A stretch of DNA of 64,000 nucleotides, taken from positions 4,414-68,413 of IMG/VR virus record IMGVR_UViG_3300034068_000734. One strand, given 5' to 3'. Position numbers and translations under genes: made by a program. This stretch comes from a virus. The stretch's first letter is position 1, and the number at the start of each line of letters is the position of its first letter. Positions 28,999 to 39,500 of this stretch are shown one piece after another. The notes beneath the pieces are model-generated. The model searched no databases. It was not told the origin of the DNA and worked only from the letters and a program-made list of their open reading frames with translations.

Positions 28999-29384
28999 TG
29001 ACGATGAACAGGTTTCTGGACTACTTCGCGCTGTGGCTGGCGATGAACATGATCGCCTGGTCGACGCTGTGGTGGACGTACGACAAGACGGTCACGTGGG
29101 ATCAGGAAGGACAGCTCCTCGTTCAAACGAGCCTCGGGTCGCTGGCGGCCACGCTGGCAATTTGGGGTGTGGCGAGGGCAACCCGTTCCGGTTCGTTCGT
29201 GCCTGGGAAGTACTCGAAGGTCGTTGAGGACAGCCTGGACAAGACGATGCGCGTGAACACGCAGGAGACGCAGGTGATCGCGCCCTCCTACGACGAGACC
29301 AGATCGCTGCTGGCGTATCGGGTCCATGGCGTGCAGGAGATCGATCCGATTGTGGAGGTGCCTGATGTCGACGCCAACGCATGA
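28995..29384 (+). CDS. Putative holin
   Basis: Two hydrophobic segments; directly upstream of the endolysin. Confidence 0.55.
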   Translation: MMTMNRFLDYFALWLAMNMIAWSTLWWTYDKTVTWDQEGQLLVQTSLGSLAATLAIWGVARATRSGSFVPGKYSKVVEDSLDKTMRVNTQETQVIAPSYDETRSLLAYRVHGVQEIDPIVEVPDVDANA

Positions 29385-29784
29385 TGTGACGCAGGCGAGG
29401 GTGTACGCCCTCGGCCAGATTCATGCCCCTAGCCAGTCGTGGGCGGGTTTGTGCCAGTCGTTCGTGAGGCATTGCCACGGTGTGCCTGCGTGGTCCCCGA
29501 CGGCGTATGACGCGTGGTTGAAGATCCCTGCGATCCGCAGGAGCTACGTGGGCGACGCGCCGCTTGGCGCGGCGGTGTACTTCGAACGGAACCATGCGGG
29601 CGCTGAGCGTCCAGGGCATGTGGTGTTCTCTCTCGGCGACGGCATGTGCGTGTCGAATGACATCTACCGGCACGGAATGGTGGACAAGGCCCCGATCAGC
29701 GTGTTCGCCCCGCATTGGAACATGCGGATGCTGGGCTGGTCATTTTGGACGCCGTACGGCTACATGCCGAAGGCGGCGTCATGA
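29365..29784 (+). CDS. Endolysin, CHAP/NlpC-P60-like cysteine peptidase
   Basis: GLCQSFV (Cys) and PGHVVFSLGDG (His). Confidence 0.75.
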   Translation: MSTPTHDVTQARVYALGQIHAPSQSWAGLCQSFVRHCHGVPAWSPTAYDAWLKIPAIRRSYVGDAPLGAAVYFERNHAGAERPGHVVFSLGDGMCVSNDIYRHGMVDKAPISVFAPHWNMRMLGWSFWTPYGYMPKAAS

Positions 29785-30010
29785 GGGCGATGGTCGCGGC
29801 TCGTTCCGCCGGGGCAGCGGCGGGGGCGGTGGCGCTGGTGTTGGTGCCGTTCGCGCTGGGGTTGCTGACCGCGCGCTGGTTGGGCGGGCAGTCATGAGGG
29901 AGCCGGTAGCAGTTCGGGCTGTCATCGTGGGGCTTACGTCCTTGCTGGTCGCGTCGTATGTCGCACTGTGGGCGCTGAGTTCGCACTGGCCGATCGGGCA
30001 GCAACCGTGA
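29781..30010 (+). CDS. Two tiny membrane proteins (29781-29897, 29894-30010)
   Basis: One hydrophobic helix each; ATGA-coupled after the endolysin. Confidence 0.5.
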
Positions 30011-30594
30011 GGCGGGTAGCGGCTTCTCTCCTGTGCGCTGCTGCCGTGATGCTCGGGGTAGGCGTGAGCACGCCTGCGCATTCGGTTGATCTGGGCACTT
30101 TCGGCTTTGGCTGCACTGCCAGCCCTGCTGATCTGGTTATCACCGCTGCCGTGGGCGACACCTTCACGGTGGATTTCCCTGGCTGCAAGATCACTTCGTA
30201 TTCCTCGTATTTCACTGCGTCGTCTGATTTCCCTGCATTCACATACCTATGGGTAGGACCAAGGGTCATCACTATGGCTGGTCCCGCTACGTACGCACTC
30301 CAGGTCGTTAACCCTGCGATCCCCGGGGTCACATACTCGGTCGGGTTTGCCGTAAGCGCTCCTGCTCCTGCTCCTGCTCCTGCGGCAGCCGATGCGGTCG
30401 TCGCGCCAGCGCCGCCGCAGCACCTCCAGCAGGTACCGGTTCCGGGTGGCGGGTGCGGAGCGGTCGTCGATGATCCGTTCGCGTGGGACACGGGCCTGTC
30501 TGGCGGCTGGTCGATGTCGTGGGCTGAGTGGAACAACGGACCGGTGTGCTCACGCTCACTCGCGCTTGTCGGTGGGTCGTGGCAACTCCGTTAA
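30007..30594 (+). CDS. Secreted protein with AP-rich linker
   Basis: Signal-peptide-like N-terminus, APAPAPAPA linker, Trp/Cys C-terminal domain. Confidence 0.55.
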   Translation: MRRVAASLLCAAAVMLGVGVSTPAHSVDLGTFGFGCTASPADLVITAAVGDTFTVDFPGCKITSYSSYFTASSDFPAFTYLWVGPRVITMAGPATYALQVVNPAIPGVTYSVGFAVSAPAPAPAPAAADAVVAPAPPQHLQQVPVPGGGCGAVVDDPFAWDTGLSGGWSMSWAEWNNGPVCSRSLALVGGSWQLR

Positions 30595-30693
30595 TGTTTC
30601 ACGAGGAACCAAGACGCTTCGGGTTATGAAATTGTTATGCGTTGTGACGCAACGCTCTGCATTGTGAGGCGTTAGGCTGGGCGTATCAGCCCC

Positions 30694-31179
30694 ATGGAGG
30701 TACACGTGACCGCGCTCTCCCACCTCGCTGCCGAGGTCCGAAAGGACGAGTTCGGCTACCCTCCGAAGTCGCGAGCCCCCGAGGGGGTGATCGCTGGCGG
30801 TGCGCTTGTCGGCGGATTTGGCGCTCTGGGCGTGAACAACGCCGTGCAACTGCCGAGACGGTCGAGGGACGCGGTGGTCTACCACCAGAGGCGCTTGAAC
30901 GATTCGAAGCAGAAGGCGACAGAGACGAAGGCCCGCGCCGCCTCCGCCAGCAGGCTCAACCCGAAGAGGGGCTCGTTCGAGCGTGCAGCGTTGAACGCCC
31001 GCGCGGACGCAGTGAGGGACGTGAACAACCTTCGAGCAAACAAGCACATCATCCGCAACATGCGCTCCCACCAGCTTCGCATGGGCATGTCGGGTGGAGC
31101 GCTGCTCACTGCTGGTGCAGGACTGGCAGCGCTCGGTACGCGGATGCGCGGGAGGCGTGATGACTACTCAGCAGCCTAG
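30694..31179 (+). CDS. Basic glycine-zipper protein (putative internal head protein)
   Basis: Two Gly/Ala hydrophobic segments; EVRK near the N-terminus. Confidence 0.6.
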   Translation: MEVHVTALSHLAAEVRKDEFGYPPKSRAPEGVIAGGALVGGFGALGVNNAVQLPRRSRDAVVYHQRRLNDSKQKATETKARAASASRLNPKRGSFERAALNARADAVRDVNNLRANKHIIRNMRSHQLRMGMSGGALLTAGAGLAALGTRMRGRRDDYSAA

Positions 31180-31840
31180 GTTCGGCAGCCCCAACGACTC
31201 TGGCAGGCGTGAACGCGGAGCGGCGTACACGGGGATGGGCACGGCGTTGGCCGGTGGCGGCGCGTACGCGTATGGACGCGGGCAGCGGCGCATGGGGCTT
31301 TCCGCGCAGGACGCGGGATCGGAACGGCATGCCGCGGGGGTCGCCGGGGCGAAGAAGATCATCGATGAGGCTCAACGCGCGTCTTCGACGGGGAAGATCG
31401 ATGGCCGTTCGAGGGCTGGACGGCAGTTGAAGGGCTTCAAGGTCGAGGTGGAGGCCGGGCGCGACCAGTACTGGTCTGGGAAGAAGATGGTGTCCCGTTC
31501 GAAGCCGTACCGTATCGGCGGCCTTGCTGCGCTCGCTGCGGGCGCTGGACTGCTGGGCGCTGGCGTTATCGGCAATGACCGCGCGCGCGCTACGTCGCTG
31601 CGGCCGAGGAAGTCGAACGTGACGAGCATGGACGAGTACCGGCACAAAGCCGCGCAGGCGGACGGCGGCTTCGTCGCGCAGGCAGACGGCAAGGCGCGTC
31701 AGGGCTACCACGACCCGGCCCCGAAGCCGGTGGACCCCAAGAAGCGGGCTTACTTCGAGCGCAACGGGATGGTCGCCGATGGCGCGTCCGAGGCGGATGT
31801 CCAGGCTTTGGCACGGAGGATGCGCGCGAATGGCCGTTGA
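31160..31840 (+). CDS. Basic glycine-zipper protein
   Basis: GMGTALAGGGAYAY and GGLAALAAGAGLLGAG segments. Confidence 0.6.
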   Translation: MTTQQPRFGSPNDSGRRERGAAYTGMGTALAGGGAYAYGRGQRRMGLSAQDAGSERHAAGVAGAKKIIDEAQRASSTGKIDGRSRAGRQLKGFKVEVEAGRDQYWSGKKMVSRSKPYRIGGLAALAAGAGLLGAGVIGNDRARATSLRPRKSNVTSMDEYRHKAAQADGGFVAQADGKARQGYHDPAPKPVDPKKRAYFERNGMVADGASEADVQALARRMRANGR

Positions 31841-33383
31841 CCCGAACTACGCGAATGTCGGGCAGAACATCGGCGCGTTGAAGACCGTGGACGTGAACCC
31901 GGTCGATGAGGCGGCGATGGTCGAGAATGAGCGCCTGAGCCCGTTCATGGAACTGGGCACGACTGGTTTGAAGCGTGCCGCCGGGTACATCGATGAGGAG
32001 TTCCTGCCGCAGCTGCGGGGCCGCAAGTCGGTGCAGGTCTTCAAGGAGATGAGCGAGAACGACCCACTGGTGGGAGCGTTGCTGTTCTCCATCGACCGGC
32101 TGCTGCGCAACGTGGAGTGGACGGTGAAGCCGGGCGGGAAGACCGCCGAGGATGCCCGCGCCGCTGAGTTCGTCGAGCAGTGCATGGGGGACATGTCGGA
32201 GCCGTGGAGCAACTTCATCGGTGAGGTTCTCACGATGCTGCCATTCGGATGGTCGTGGCATGAGGTCGTGTACAAGCGCCGCGGCGGCCAATGGAACCGC
32301 AACCCGAAGACGCGCAGCAAGTTCAACGACAACCTCATCGGATGGCGCAAGATGCCGATCCGGTCGCAGGAGACGCTGATGCGCTGGGTGTTCGATGACT
32401 CGGGCGACACGAAGGCAATGGTGCAGTTGGCCCCGCCGTTCTACAAGACGACTGTCCTGCCGATGGAGCGGAGCCTGCTGTTCCGGTACAAGTCGAACAA
32501 GGGGAACCCTGAAGGCATTTCGATGCTCCGGAACGCCTACCGGCCGTGGTACATGAAGAAGCGCCTTGAGGAGTTCGAGGCTGTTGGTGTGGAGCGTGAT
32601 CTCGCGGGCCTGCCGGTGGTGAAGGTTCCTGCGGAGATGCTGCGGGCGAAGCCGGGCACGGAGCAGGCGAAGGCTGTGGAGTCGTTCAAGCGGATGGTGA
32701 AGAGCGTCCGCAGGGATGAGCAGGAGGGCATCGTGTTCCCGATGGCCTACGACCAGGACACGAAGCAGCCGCTGTACAGCTTCGAGCTGATGGGCGGCGG
32801 CGGGGGCAGGCAGTTCAACACGGACGAGATCATCAAGCGGTATGAGGAGCGCATCCTCATGACGGTCCTCGCGGACTTCATCCTGGTGGGCCATCAGTCG
32901 GTGGGGTCGTATTCCTTGCACACGGATAAGACGGGCATTTTCCGGACGAGCCTGAACTCGATCGCAGAGACGATCGCTGACGTGCTGAACCGCTATGCGC
33001 TGCCTCGCCTGTTCATGGTGAATGGCTGGCGTCCTGAGCACCTTCCGGAGATCGTCCCGACGGACGTGGATTCGCCGGATATCGCGCAACTGGGCCAGTT
33101 CATGCAGGCGATGGCGGGTACTGGGGTGGCGTGGTTCCCGGATGGGGAACTGGAGAACTTCGTCAGGTCGGCGGCACGGCTGCCGAAACTGGACAAGGAC
33201 CAGGTGGAGATCCGGCGGAAGATGCAGATGCGCAGCGATGCGACGGCATTCGCGGACGCGAACACGGCGTACGTGCAGTCGGAGCAGGCGTCCGAGATGG
33301 CCGAGTCGGGGCAGTTGCCGTTGCCGGGCATGGAGGGCATGGATTCGCAGGGGAAGCCGCAGCAGGAGAAGGGTGCGCCGTGA
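31830..33383 (+). CDS. Portal protein (DUF935/Mu gp29-like)
   Basis: MLPFGWSWHEVVYK, NPEGISMLR, ERDLAGLPV, GSYSL. Confidence 0.9.
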   Translation: MAVDPNYANVGQNIGALKTVDVNPVDEAAMVENERLSPFMELGTTGLKRAAGYIDEEFLPQLRGRKSVQVFKEMSENDPLVGALLFSIDRLLRNVEWTVKPGGKTAEDARAAEFVEQCMGDMSEPWSNFIGEVLTMLPFGWSWHEVVYKRRGGQWNRNPKTRSKFNDNLIGWRKMPIRSQETLMRWVFDDSGDTKAMVQLAPPFYKTTVLPMERSLLFRYKSNKGNPEGISMLRNAYRPWYMKKRLEEFEAVGVERDLAGLPVVKVPAEMLRAKPGTEQAKAVESFKRMVKSVRRDEQEGIVFPMAYDQDTKQPLYSFELMGGGGGRQFNTDEIIKRYEERILMTVLADFILVGHQSVGSYSLHTDKTGIFRTSLNSIAETIADVLNRYALPRLFMVNGWRPEHLPEIVPTDVDSPDIAQLGQFMQAMAGTGVAWFPDGELENFVRSAARLPKLDKDQVEIRRKMQMRSDATAFADANTAYVQSEQASEMAESGQLPLPGMEGMDSQGKPQQEKGAP

Positions 33384-33637
33384 TGCTTCAGGAGTTGGCA
33401 CGGAGGTACGCAGTGGGGATCTGCGTGCTGGCTGCGTCTGGTGACGGTGCTGCCGCGCAGGAGGCGACTCGTGTGTTCCTGTCGGAGGCGATGGCATCCG
33501 GTCATACGGCGCTTGAGGCGATGTTCGCGTTGTTCCAGTCGTCGGTGGGGTGCGCGATCGCCGCTGCTGACAGTGTTCCGGGCGGTGCGACGGAGTATTT
33601 CTCCGGGTGCGCGCTGGGCTTGGCAGTGAAGTCGTGA
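33383..33637 (+). CDS. Small hypothetical protein
   Basis: Coupled on both sides. Confidence 0.5.
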   Translation: MLQELARRYAVGICVLAASGDGAAAQEATRVFLSEAMASGHTALEAMFALFQSSVGCAIAAADSVPGGATEYFSGCALGLAVKS

Positions 33638-36513
33638 CGGTCTCTGACCGGGTGGAGTCGTATGCGAATCCGCGTGAGGCGGAGGATCGCAGACGGGCGC
33701 TTAAGCACATCGCGGTGGGCGGCTTGATCACGGGCAGTGCTGCGGCTGCGGAGTATGGGCTTGATCGCCGGTTGAAGGCGGCTGGCGTGAAGGGCCCGCT
33801 GGTGTCGGCAGTGAAGCGCAAGTTCAAGCCGAAGACTCATGGCCCTCATATTGCGGGACGCCTCGGGACCCGTGCGCTGTCGGCGACTGGCCTGCCGGTC
33901 ATGGCGTACGGGTTGTGGAATATCGCGAACCCGAAGGACGAGGTCGAGGACCTTGATTTCAAGCGTCATGTGGTGCGCCCGGCGGTGGATCACGTGACGT
34001 TGCGCGATCAGCGGAACAAGCTGAAGTCGATCCGCAAGTCGCTGACGCTGGAGGAGCAGGACACGCTGGTGCATCGCAAGGAGCGCGGCACCCGGATCAG
34101 CCATGCGGCCGGCGGGCTTGGCGTTGCGGCGTTGGCGTTGCGCGTCCCGCAGGCAGCGAAGTTCGCGGTGCAGCGGTCTGCTCGGGCGGGGTCGCTTCGC
34201 CCGGTGCTGCGTGCGGCCATGTCGGAGCCGAAGGCAACGGCGGCGTCGAACACTCTTGGCGTGGCGTCGATCGGCACTGGGTCTATTGGGTCGTTCAATT
34301 ACGCGGCGCAGCAGAAGCTTGAGGCGAAGCAGGTGAAGAAGTCCCTGTATGACGGCATGGTGAAGGGCATCGGCCGGGTTCGCGTGGTGGAGCGTTCGAA
34401 GCCGGGGTACGTGACGGTGGTCGATTCTCGGGATACGCGCCGGTTCATGCCGGAGTCGCGGGTGACGCCCGTGCGCAAGCCGCGACCGGTCGAGGTTGAT
34501 AAGCCGTCGATGGCGCAGGACGAGCAGTTGACGCTGTTCAAGGCCGACCGGTTCCTGCGCGACTATGGCGACCGGATCAGCCCGAAGGCCGAGGCGGGAT
34601 ACAAGTACTTGAAGGACGGCCGCGACCAGCGCCGGGTCAACGCAGGGATCGGCGCTACGGTGTCGGGCTTGTCTGGTGCGATGGCGTATTCGGCGGCTCG
34701 TGGCCGTCGTTTCGGCTGGGCTGGTGGCCATGGCGCGCTCGCGGGCCTGTCTGCTGTGAGCGCGGTGAGAAGTGCCCGTGAGTCGGGACGCTGGGATGCG
34801 CGGATGGGGAAGATCAAGGCGAAGGCGATGGAGCGTGCCGCTGCCGGTGAGTATGGCCGCGACCGGGTGGTGGCGAAGGCTGATGAGCGCAGGAAGGACG
34901 ACAAGCGCGGTGCGTTCGCTGCGGGTGCCGGTCTGGGCGCTGCGGCGATCGCCGGGGTTCCGCTGCCGATGCGTCTGCCTATTAATAGGGAAGCGTCGAG
35001 GGGGATCGCGGGCAGGCTGGATGGCGCTGACTCCGGTCGCGCCTCAGTGAGGGACGTGCGCGGCGTGGCGACTGGCGAGGGAACTCGCTGGGCTGCAAGC
35101 AGGAACCAGGACCGTCTCGCGGCGTCAATGGCTGCCCGTCGTGAGGCTGGCAGCCCTGCGCAGGACCCGGGACGTCCAGTGCGCCTACGCCGTGCCCCTG
35201 ACGGGAGCATGCGGGTGATTGACGGCCATCACCGGATCAAGGCGCTGATGGACTTGGGCGAGAAGGACGTGGACGTGAGGGTGGAGCATTCGGGCCGCCC
35301 GCATCGGACGTGGGTTCCGCTCGCGCAGCGGGCGAAGTACTTGAGGGACGTGGGCAGTGCCCGCGAGTTCACTGGCCAGCGTGACCTCGGGGAGATACGG
35401 GCGAATGCGGCCCGCCCCATCCCGCGTGCGGCACGAGTGGGGAACCGTGTGCGATCTCGCGTGGAGCGTGGGGCGCTGGCGTTGCGCCGTCCTGCCGGGG
35501 TGGCTGGCCTTGCTGCGGCTGCCGGTTTGGCGACGGGCGGCGTGGTGGCGCATCGGATGACGAACCGGAGGGTCGAGAAGTCGTTCACCTATGACAGCAA
35601 GGGGCGGCCGAATGGTGCGACCCCGGTGTCGCAGATGTCGGTCGATCAGCGCGGGTCGTTGCGGGAGCAGGTCGAGCGGATGGCCCGTACCCGCAAGGAG
35701 AAGGGCGCGAAGTTCCCGGGGTTGAAGCCGTTGGTGGAGCGTGGGGTTCGGGCGCAGCGCCCGGCGACGTCACGTGCAGAGCAGTCGGCGAAGTACCGGG
35801 CGACGCGTATCGAGCGCCGTCATGGGGAGGCTCTCGCGGAGAACGCGTCCCGGTCTACGAATGCGTTGAAGCGGCGCAGCCTCGTCTCGGGGAGCCAACT
35901 GGGCAAGTGGGGCACTGGGCTGGCGATCGCTGGTGGTGGCGCGGCGATGCTGGCTGCGCGCAGCAATGACAAGGACCGTAGCGGGGGCAGGGCAGCGGAT
36001 GCGGTGATCGCCGCCGGGGCCGGGCTGGGCGCTCGGGAGGCGGTGATGGGCGCTGGCGGCTGGGCGACGAAGCGCAGCATCGAACGGTACCGGGAACGCA
36101 AACTGCGTAACCCTGAGGCGAAGGCCGCATACAACCGGGACTGGAAGGCGTTCCAGGAGCGCGAGGGGTTCAAGCAGTTCGGGGTGAAGCATCCGGGGGA
36201 CCGCATCGACATGACGAACCATGACACGCAGGTCCGGGTGGGCCGCCGATATCCGACGTCTATCCCTGGCGGTCGTGCGGCCCGGGCACTGGCGTTCAAG
36301 AACTCCCGTCAGGTGTCGTGGGGGTCGAAGGTGGCGGTGCCGCTTACGGCGGCGTCACTGATGCTGTCGGGGAAGCGCGATGACGTCGGCAAGGCCCTCA
36401 TCCCGAGGTTGCCGAGACTGGGCGGCCGGATCGCGAGGCCTGCGATTCGCAGGAGCTACGTGGGCACAAGCTCCCGCGGCAGGAAGTTCACCGTTCGTGG
36501 AACGGTCAGGTAG
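33634..36513 (+). CDS. Modular basic polyprotein with glycine-zipper modules and a ParB/Srx-like domain
   Basis: VIDGHHRIKAL ParB motif near 35215; many Gly/Ala hydrophobic helices; hydrophobic-x-K boundaries. Confidence 0.7.
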   Translation: MTVSDRVESYANPREAEDRRRALKHIAVGGLITGSAAAAEYGLDRRLKAAGVKGPLVSAVKRKFKPKTHGPHIAGRLGTRALSATGLPVMAYGLWNIANPKDEVEDLDFKRHVVRPAVDHVTLRDQRNKLKSIRKSLTLEEQDTLVHRKERGTRISHAAGGLGVAALALRVPQAAKFAVQRSARAGSLRPVLRAAMSEPKATAASNTLGVASIGTGSIGSFNYAAQQKLEAKQVKKSLYDGMVKGIGRVRVVERSKPGYVTVVDSRDTRRFMPESRVTPVRKPRPVEVDKPSMAQDEQLTLFKADRFLRDYGDRISPKAEAGYKYLKDGRDQRRVNAGIGATVSGLSGAMAYSAARGRRFGWAGGHGALAGLSAVSAVRSARESGRWDARMGKIKAKAMERAAAGEYGRDRVVAKADERRKDDKRGAFAAGAGLGAAAIAGVPLPMRLPINREASRGIAGRLDGADSGRASVRDVRGVATGEGTRWAASRNQDRLAASMAARREAGSPAQDPGRPVRLRRAPDGSMRVIDGHHRIKALMDLGEKDVDVRVEHSGRPHRTWVPLAQRAKYLRDVGSAREFTGQRDLGEIRANAARPIPRAARVGNRVRSRVERGALALRRPAGVAGLAAAAGLATGGVVAHRMTNRRVEKSFTYDSKGRPNGATPVSQMSVDQRGSLREQVERMARTRKEKGAKFPGLKPLVERGVRAQRPATSRAEQSAKYRATRIERRHGEALAENASRSTNALKRRSLVSGSQLGKWGTGLAIAGGGAAMLAARSNDKDRSGGRAADAVIAAGAGLGAREAVMGAGGWATKRSIERYRERKLRNPEAKAAYNRDWKAFQEREGFKQFGVKHPGDRIDMTNHDTQVRVGRRYPTSIPGGRAARALAFKNSRQVSWGSKVAVPLTAASLMLSGKRDDVGKALIPRLPRLGGRIARPAIRRSYVGTSSRGRKFTVRGTVR

Positions 36514-36521
36514 GAGATGAC

Positions 36522-39500
36522 ATGGCAGTGATGAGCGTGCTGGAGACGATCACCAAGAATGATGAGGCGGCTGGCTGCTTCCTCATCGATACGGTCGTGT
36601 ACGACTACCTGGCTGACGTTGCGAAGGCGCATGAGGATGACTTGCGGGAGGTGTACTCGCTGTGGTCGCTGGACCGGGTGCAGGTCGCGAAGCGGGCGTT
36701 GGGCCGCAGGTACGTGTCGGACATGGTGTCTGGGGAGTACCCGGGCGATGACGTGCTGGGCATGTCGGGCTGGCTGTCGGGCATCGAGCGTTTCGTGTCC
36801 GCTGCATCCGTGTCGAAGGGCTTCGAGATGTTCGACATCGATGGCCGCAAGGTGCGCCGCGATGTGAACCGTGATTCGCGCGGCCAGTTCGCCCGTGGCG
36901 TGAACCAGAACAAGTCGACGAAGCTGCGTGACGTGGCGGGCCAGCCGGATCGGATCAGCCCGACGTTGAAGGGGTATTTCGACGGGAACCTGGTACCCCA
37001 TGCTGGTCTTGACGCCGATGAGCAGAAGGGTGCGGAGCGTCATCAGGGCCAGTGGGATCAGGTGAGCCGGATCGTGTCGGGGTTCTCCCGTGACTTCAAG
37101 GGCTCGGAGAAGTCGGTGGACGTGCTGCTGACGGTGCAGGATTCGGAGTCGGGTGATATTCGCGAGGTCGGGTTCCCGCTGTCCCGGTTCAACCGGAAGG
37201 ACGGTGACTCCCCGGAGAACTCGCTTCCTGACCTGCGGGATTTGAAGCCGTTGACGAACGAGTCGATCATGTCGGTTCGGATAGAGCCGAACAGGGGCGC
37301 GTCTGACACGGACGTGGCTCGGCTGGCCGCGTACAACTCGCTTGGCTCTGTCGGTGGCCAGGCGCTGGCATCGCTGGCGAACGCGGACCCGGCCCGGCTT
37401 GAGAGCTTGCGCGATGCGCTGCGGATGCCGGGGTCTGGTGATGCTGCTCCGAAGCCGGGGCTGTCCCGCTTGTTCGGGCTGCTGGGTTCTGGCGCGAAGG
37501 TGCTGGAGGAGGGCTTCGGCTCGAACAAGGTGACGCAGATGGCGCGGTTCGTGGGCGCAGTGGGGCCGCAGGCTGAGGAAGTGCTGAGCCCGTACGTGCG
37601 CCGCGCCGCCTACCGATATCGGGGCACGGAGGTGAAGCCATCAACGGCGTTGAACCCCGCGACGATGGATCCGAACATCATGACTTCGCTGTCCGAGACG
37701 CAGACAGTGGACCGAAATGGCGGGACTCGTACGACGGGCAGCGGCCTTACTGGGGATGCGCTCACGCAGCAGGCCATTGCCGACAATGCGAGCCTGTACT
37801 TGGCGACGACACTGCCGAAGAACCCGATCCTTGCGCGCCTGTCGGAGAAGTCGGGGCAGGTGCTGCCAAGCCGTGGAGCGATCTTCGACTCGCAGGGCAA
37901 GCCGGTGACGGAGGCCGTCGGGTTCACGGATGATCACTATCTGCCGTTCGACTTGAAGAACCTTGCGTCGCTGCGGGGAGGCCAGTACGTGCGGACGCGG
38001 GTGACGGGCGGGCTGACTGGCGAGGACGTGTACACGGCGGTGATGACGGGCACGAGGAACGTGCAGGTGGTGAGCGAGTCCGGGGTATTCACGCTGGAGT
38101 TCCAGCCAGATTTCCGTGGTGCGCGTGCGAACTCAGACAAGGCGAGGTCGATGTACGACCGGTACTTGAAGATCCTCGATGCTGTCGACAGGTCGGGCTT
38201 GTATTTGCTGGACCTGCCTACGCAGAAGGTCCGTGAGATCAACCGGATGGCGAGGGATCAGGCGAAGTACGGCGGCGACGAGGATGCGATCCGCGATGAG
38301 CTGACGCAGGCGGCGCGGGACGAGATGGATGATGTCAACGACACGGAGTTGAAGTCTCTCGCGGCGCAGGCGTTCAAGATCGCGACGGGTAAGGAAGTCG
38401 ATCCTGAGAATGCGCTGGCGGAGGGCGCTGCACTGCCGAGCCGTCAGCGTCAGACGTTCAACGAGTCGCTGGAGGATGCCGAGGCGATGGCCCGGTCGTC
38501 GAAGGTGAATCGGCTTCGGCTGAACGGTGAGGGCTATGCGACGGCGTTGAAGACGTTGGAGGCGCAGTTCCCGCAGTTCATCCGACGGACGGAGCGCCGC
38601 GACCTGTCGGCACTGGGCCGGGAGGCTGGCAGGGACATGCCGAAGACCCGCAGGTTGCAGCAGGACCGCGGATACGTGTCTCCGGGTGGCTTGCGGGCCG
38701 ACAAGGTGCAGAGCGGGTTCTACGCCAGTGGAGCCGTCAACCAGTCGCCCAAGTCTCAGAGTGCCAGAAATGGTTCAAATCCCGCCAGCGTTCCTCCCTC
38801 GGCCTCTGAAGGCCAGTCTGCTGGGACAACTGGGGAGAAAACGACCCCGAAGACTGGTGGGGATGCGGATTCACGCCCGGAAGCGCCGGACCCGGCGACG
38901 GCACGCGGAGCCGAGCAGCGCTTCATCGCCCGGCAGAAGCAGGCAGACACGACGTTCAAGAAGAAGGCCGCTGAACTCGGCGGCGACCTGTCGCTCATCG
39001 TCTCCGACATCGACCCCGAAACCGCCGACTCCTACCAGACGAGCGACTTCGCGTCGATGACGACGCCGCAGCGCCGGGCAATGTGGCTCATCGCGAACAT
39101 CGAGGGCGACCGGACGGTCCAGGCGCTCACCGACCGGGGCACCCGTTCGGACGCGATCGGCGCGCTGACAACACCGAAAGTCATCAAGGCGGCATTCACC
39201 CAGCTGATGAAGATCACCGAGGCAAGCGCAGGCGGGGTGGTGGACATCGGCGGGGAGCAGATGAGCATCGACGACGCCGTCGATGCGCTGTCGGAACGTG
39301 CAGGCGAACTCGCCGAACTGTCCGCGATGGCAGAGCCGTTCGCCGCGTTCCAGACAGACCAGGCGAAAGCCGCGTTCCACACCGGGCTGTCGCCGATGAG
39401 ACTCCCGGAGATCTCGGGCATCGGCAGCGTCGATCAACTGGAGGCCTACGCCGCGAAGAACCCGACTGTCGCGAGTGCGGCTGCGGCCATGGGCAAGGAG

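Noticed and set aside
31590-33827. 745-aa minus-strand ORF (likewise 9632-11290 +, 27019-28452 -, 62038-63237 -)
   Set aside because: Antisense shadow ORFs of real genes, expected in high-GC DNA; no motifs.
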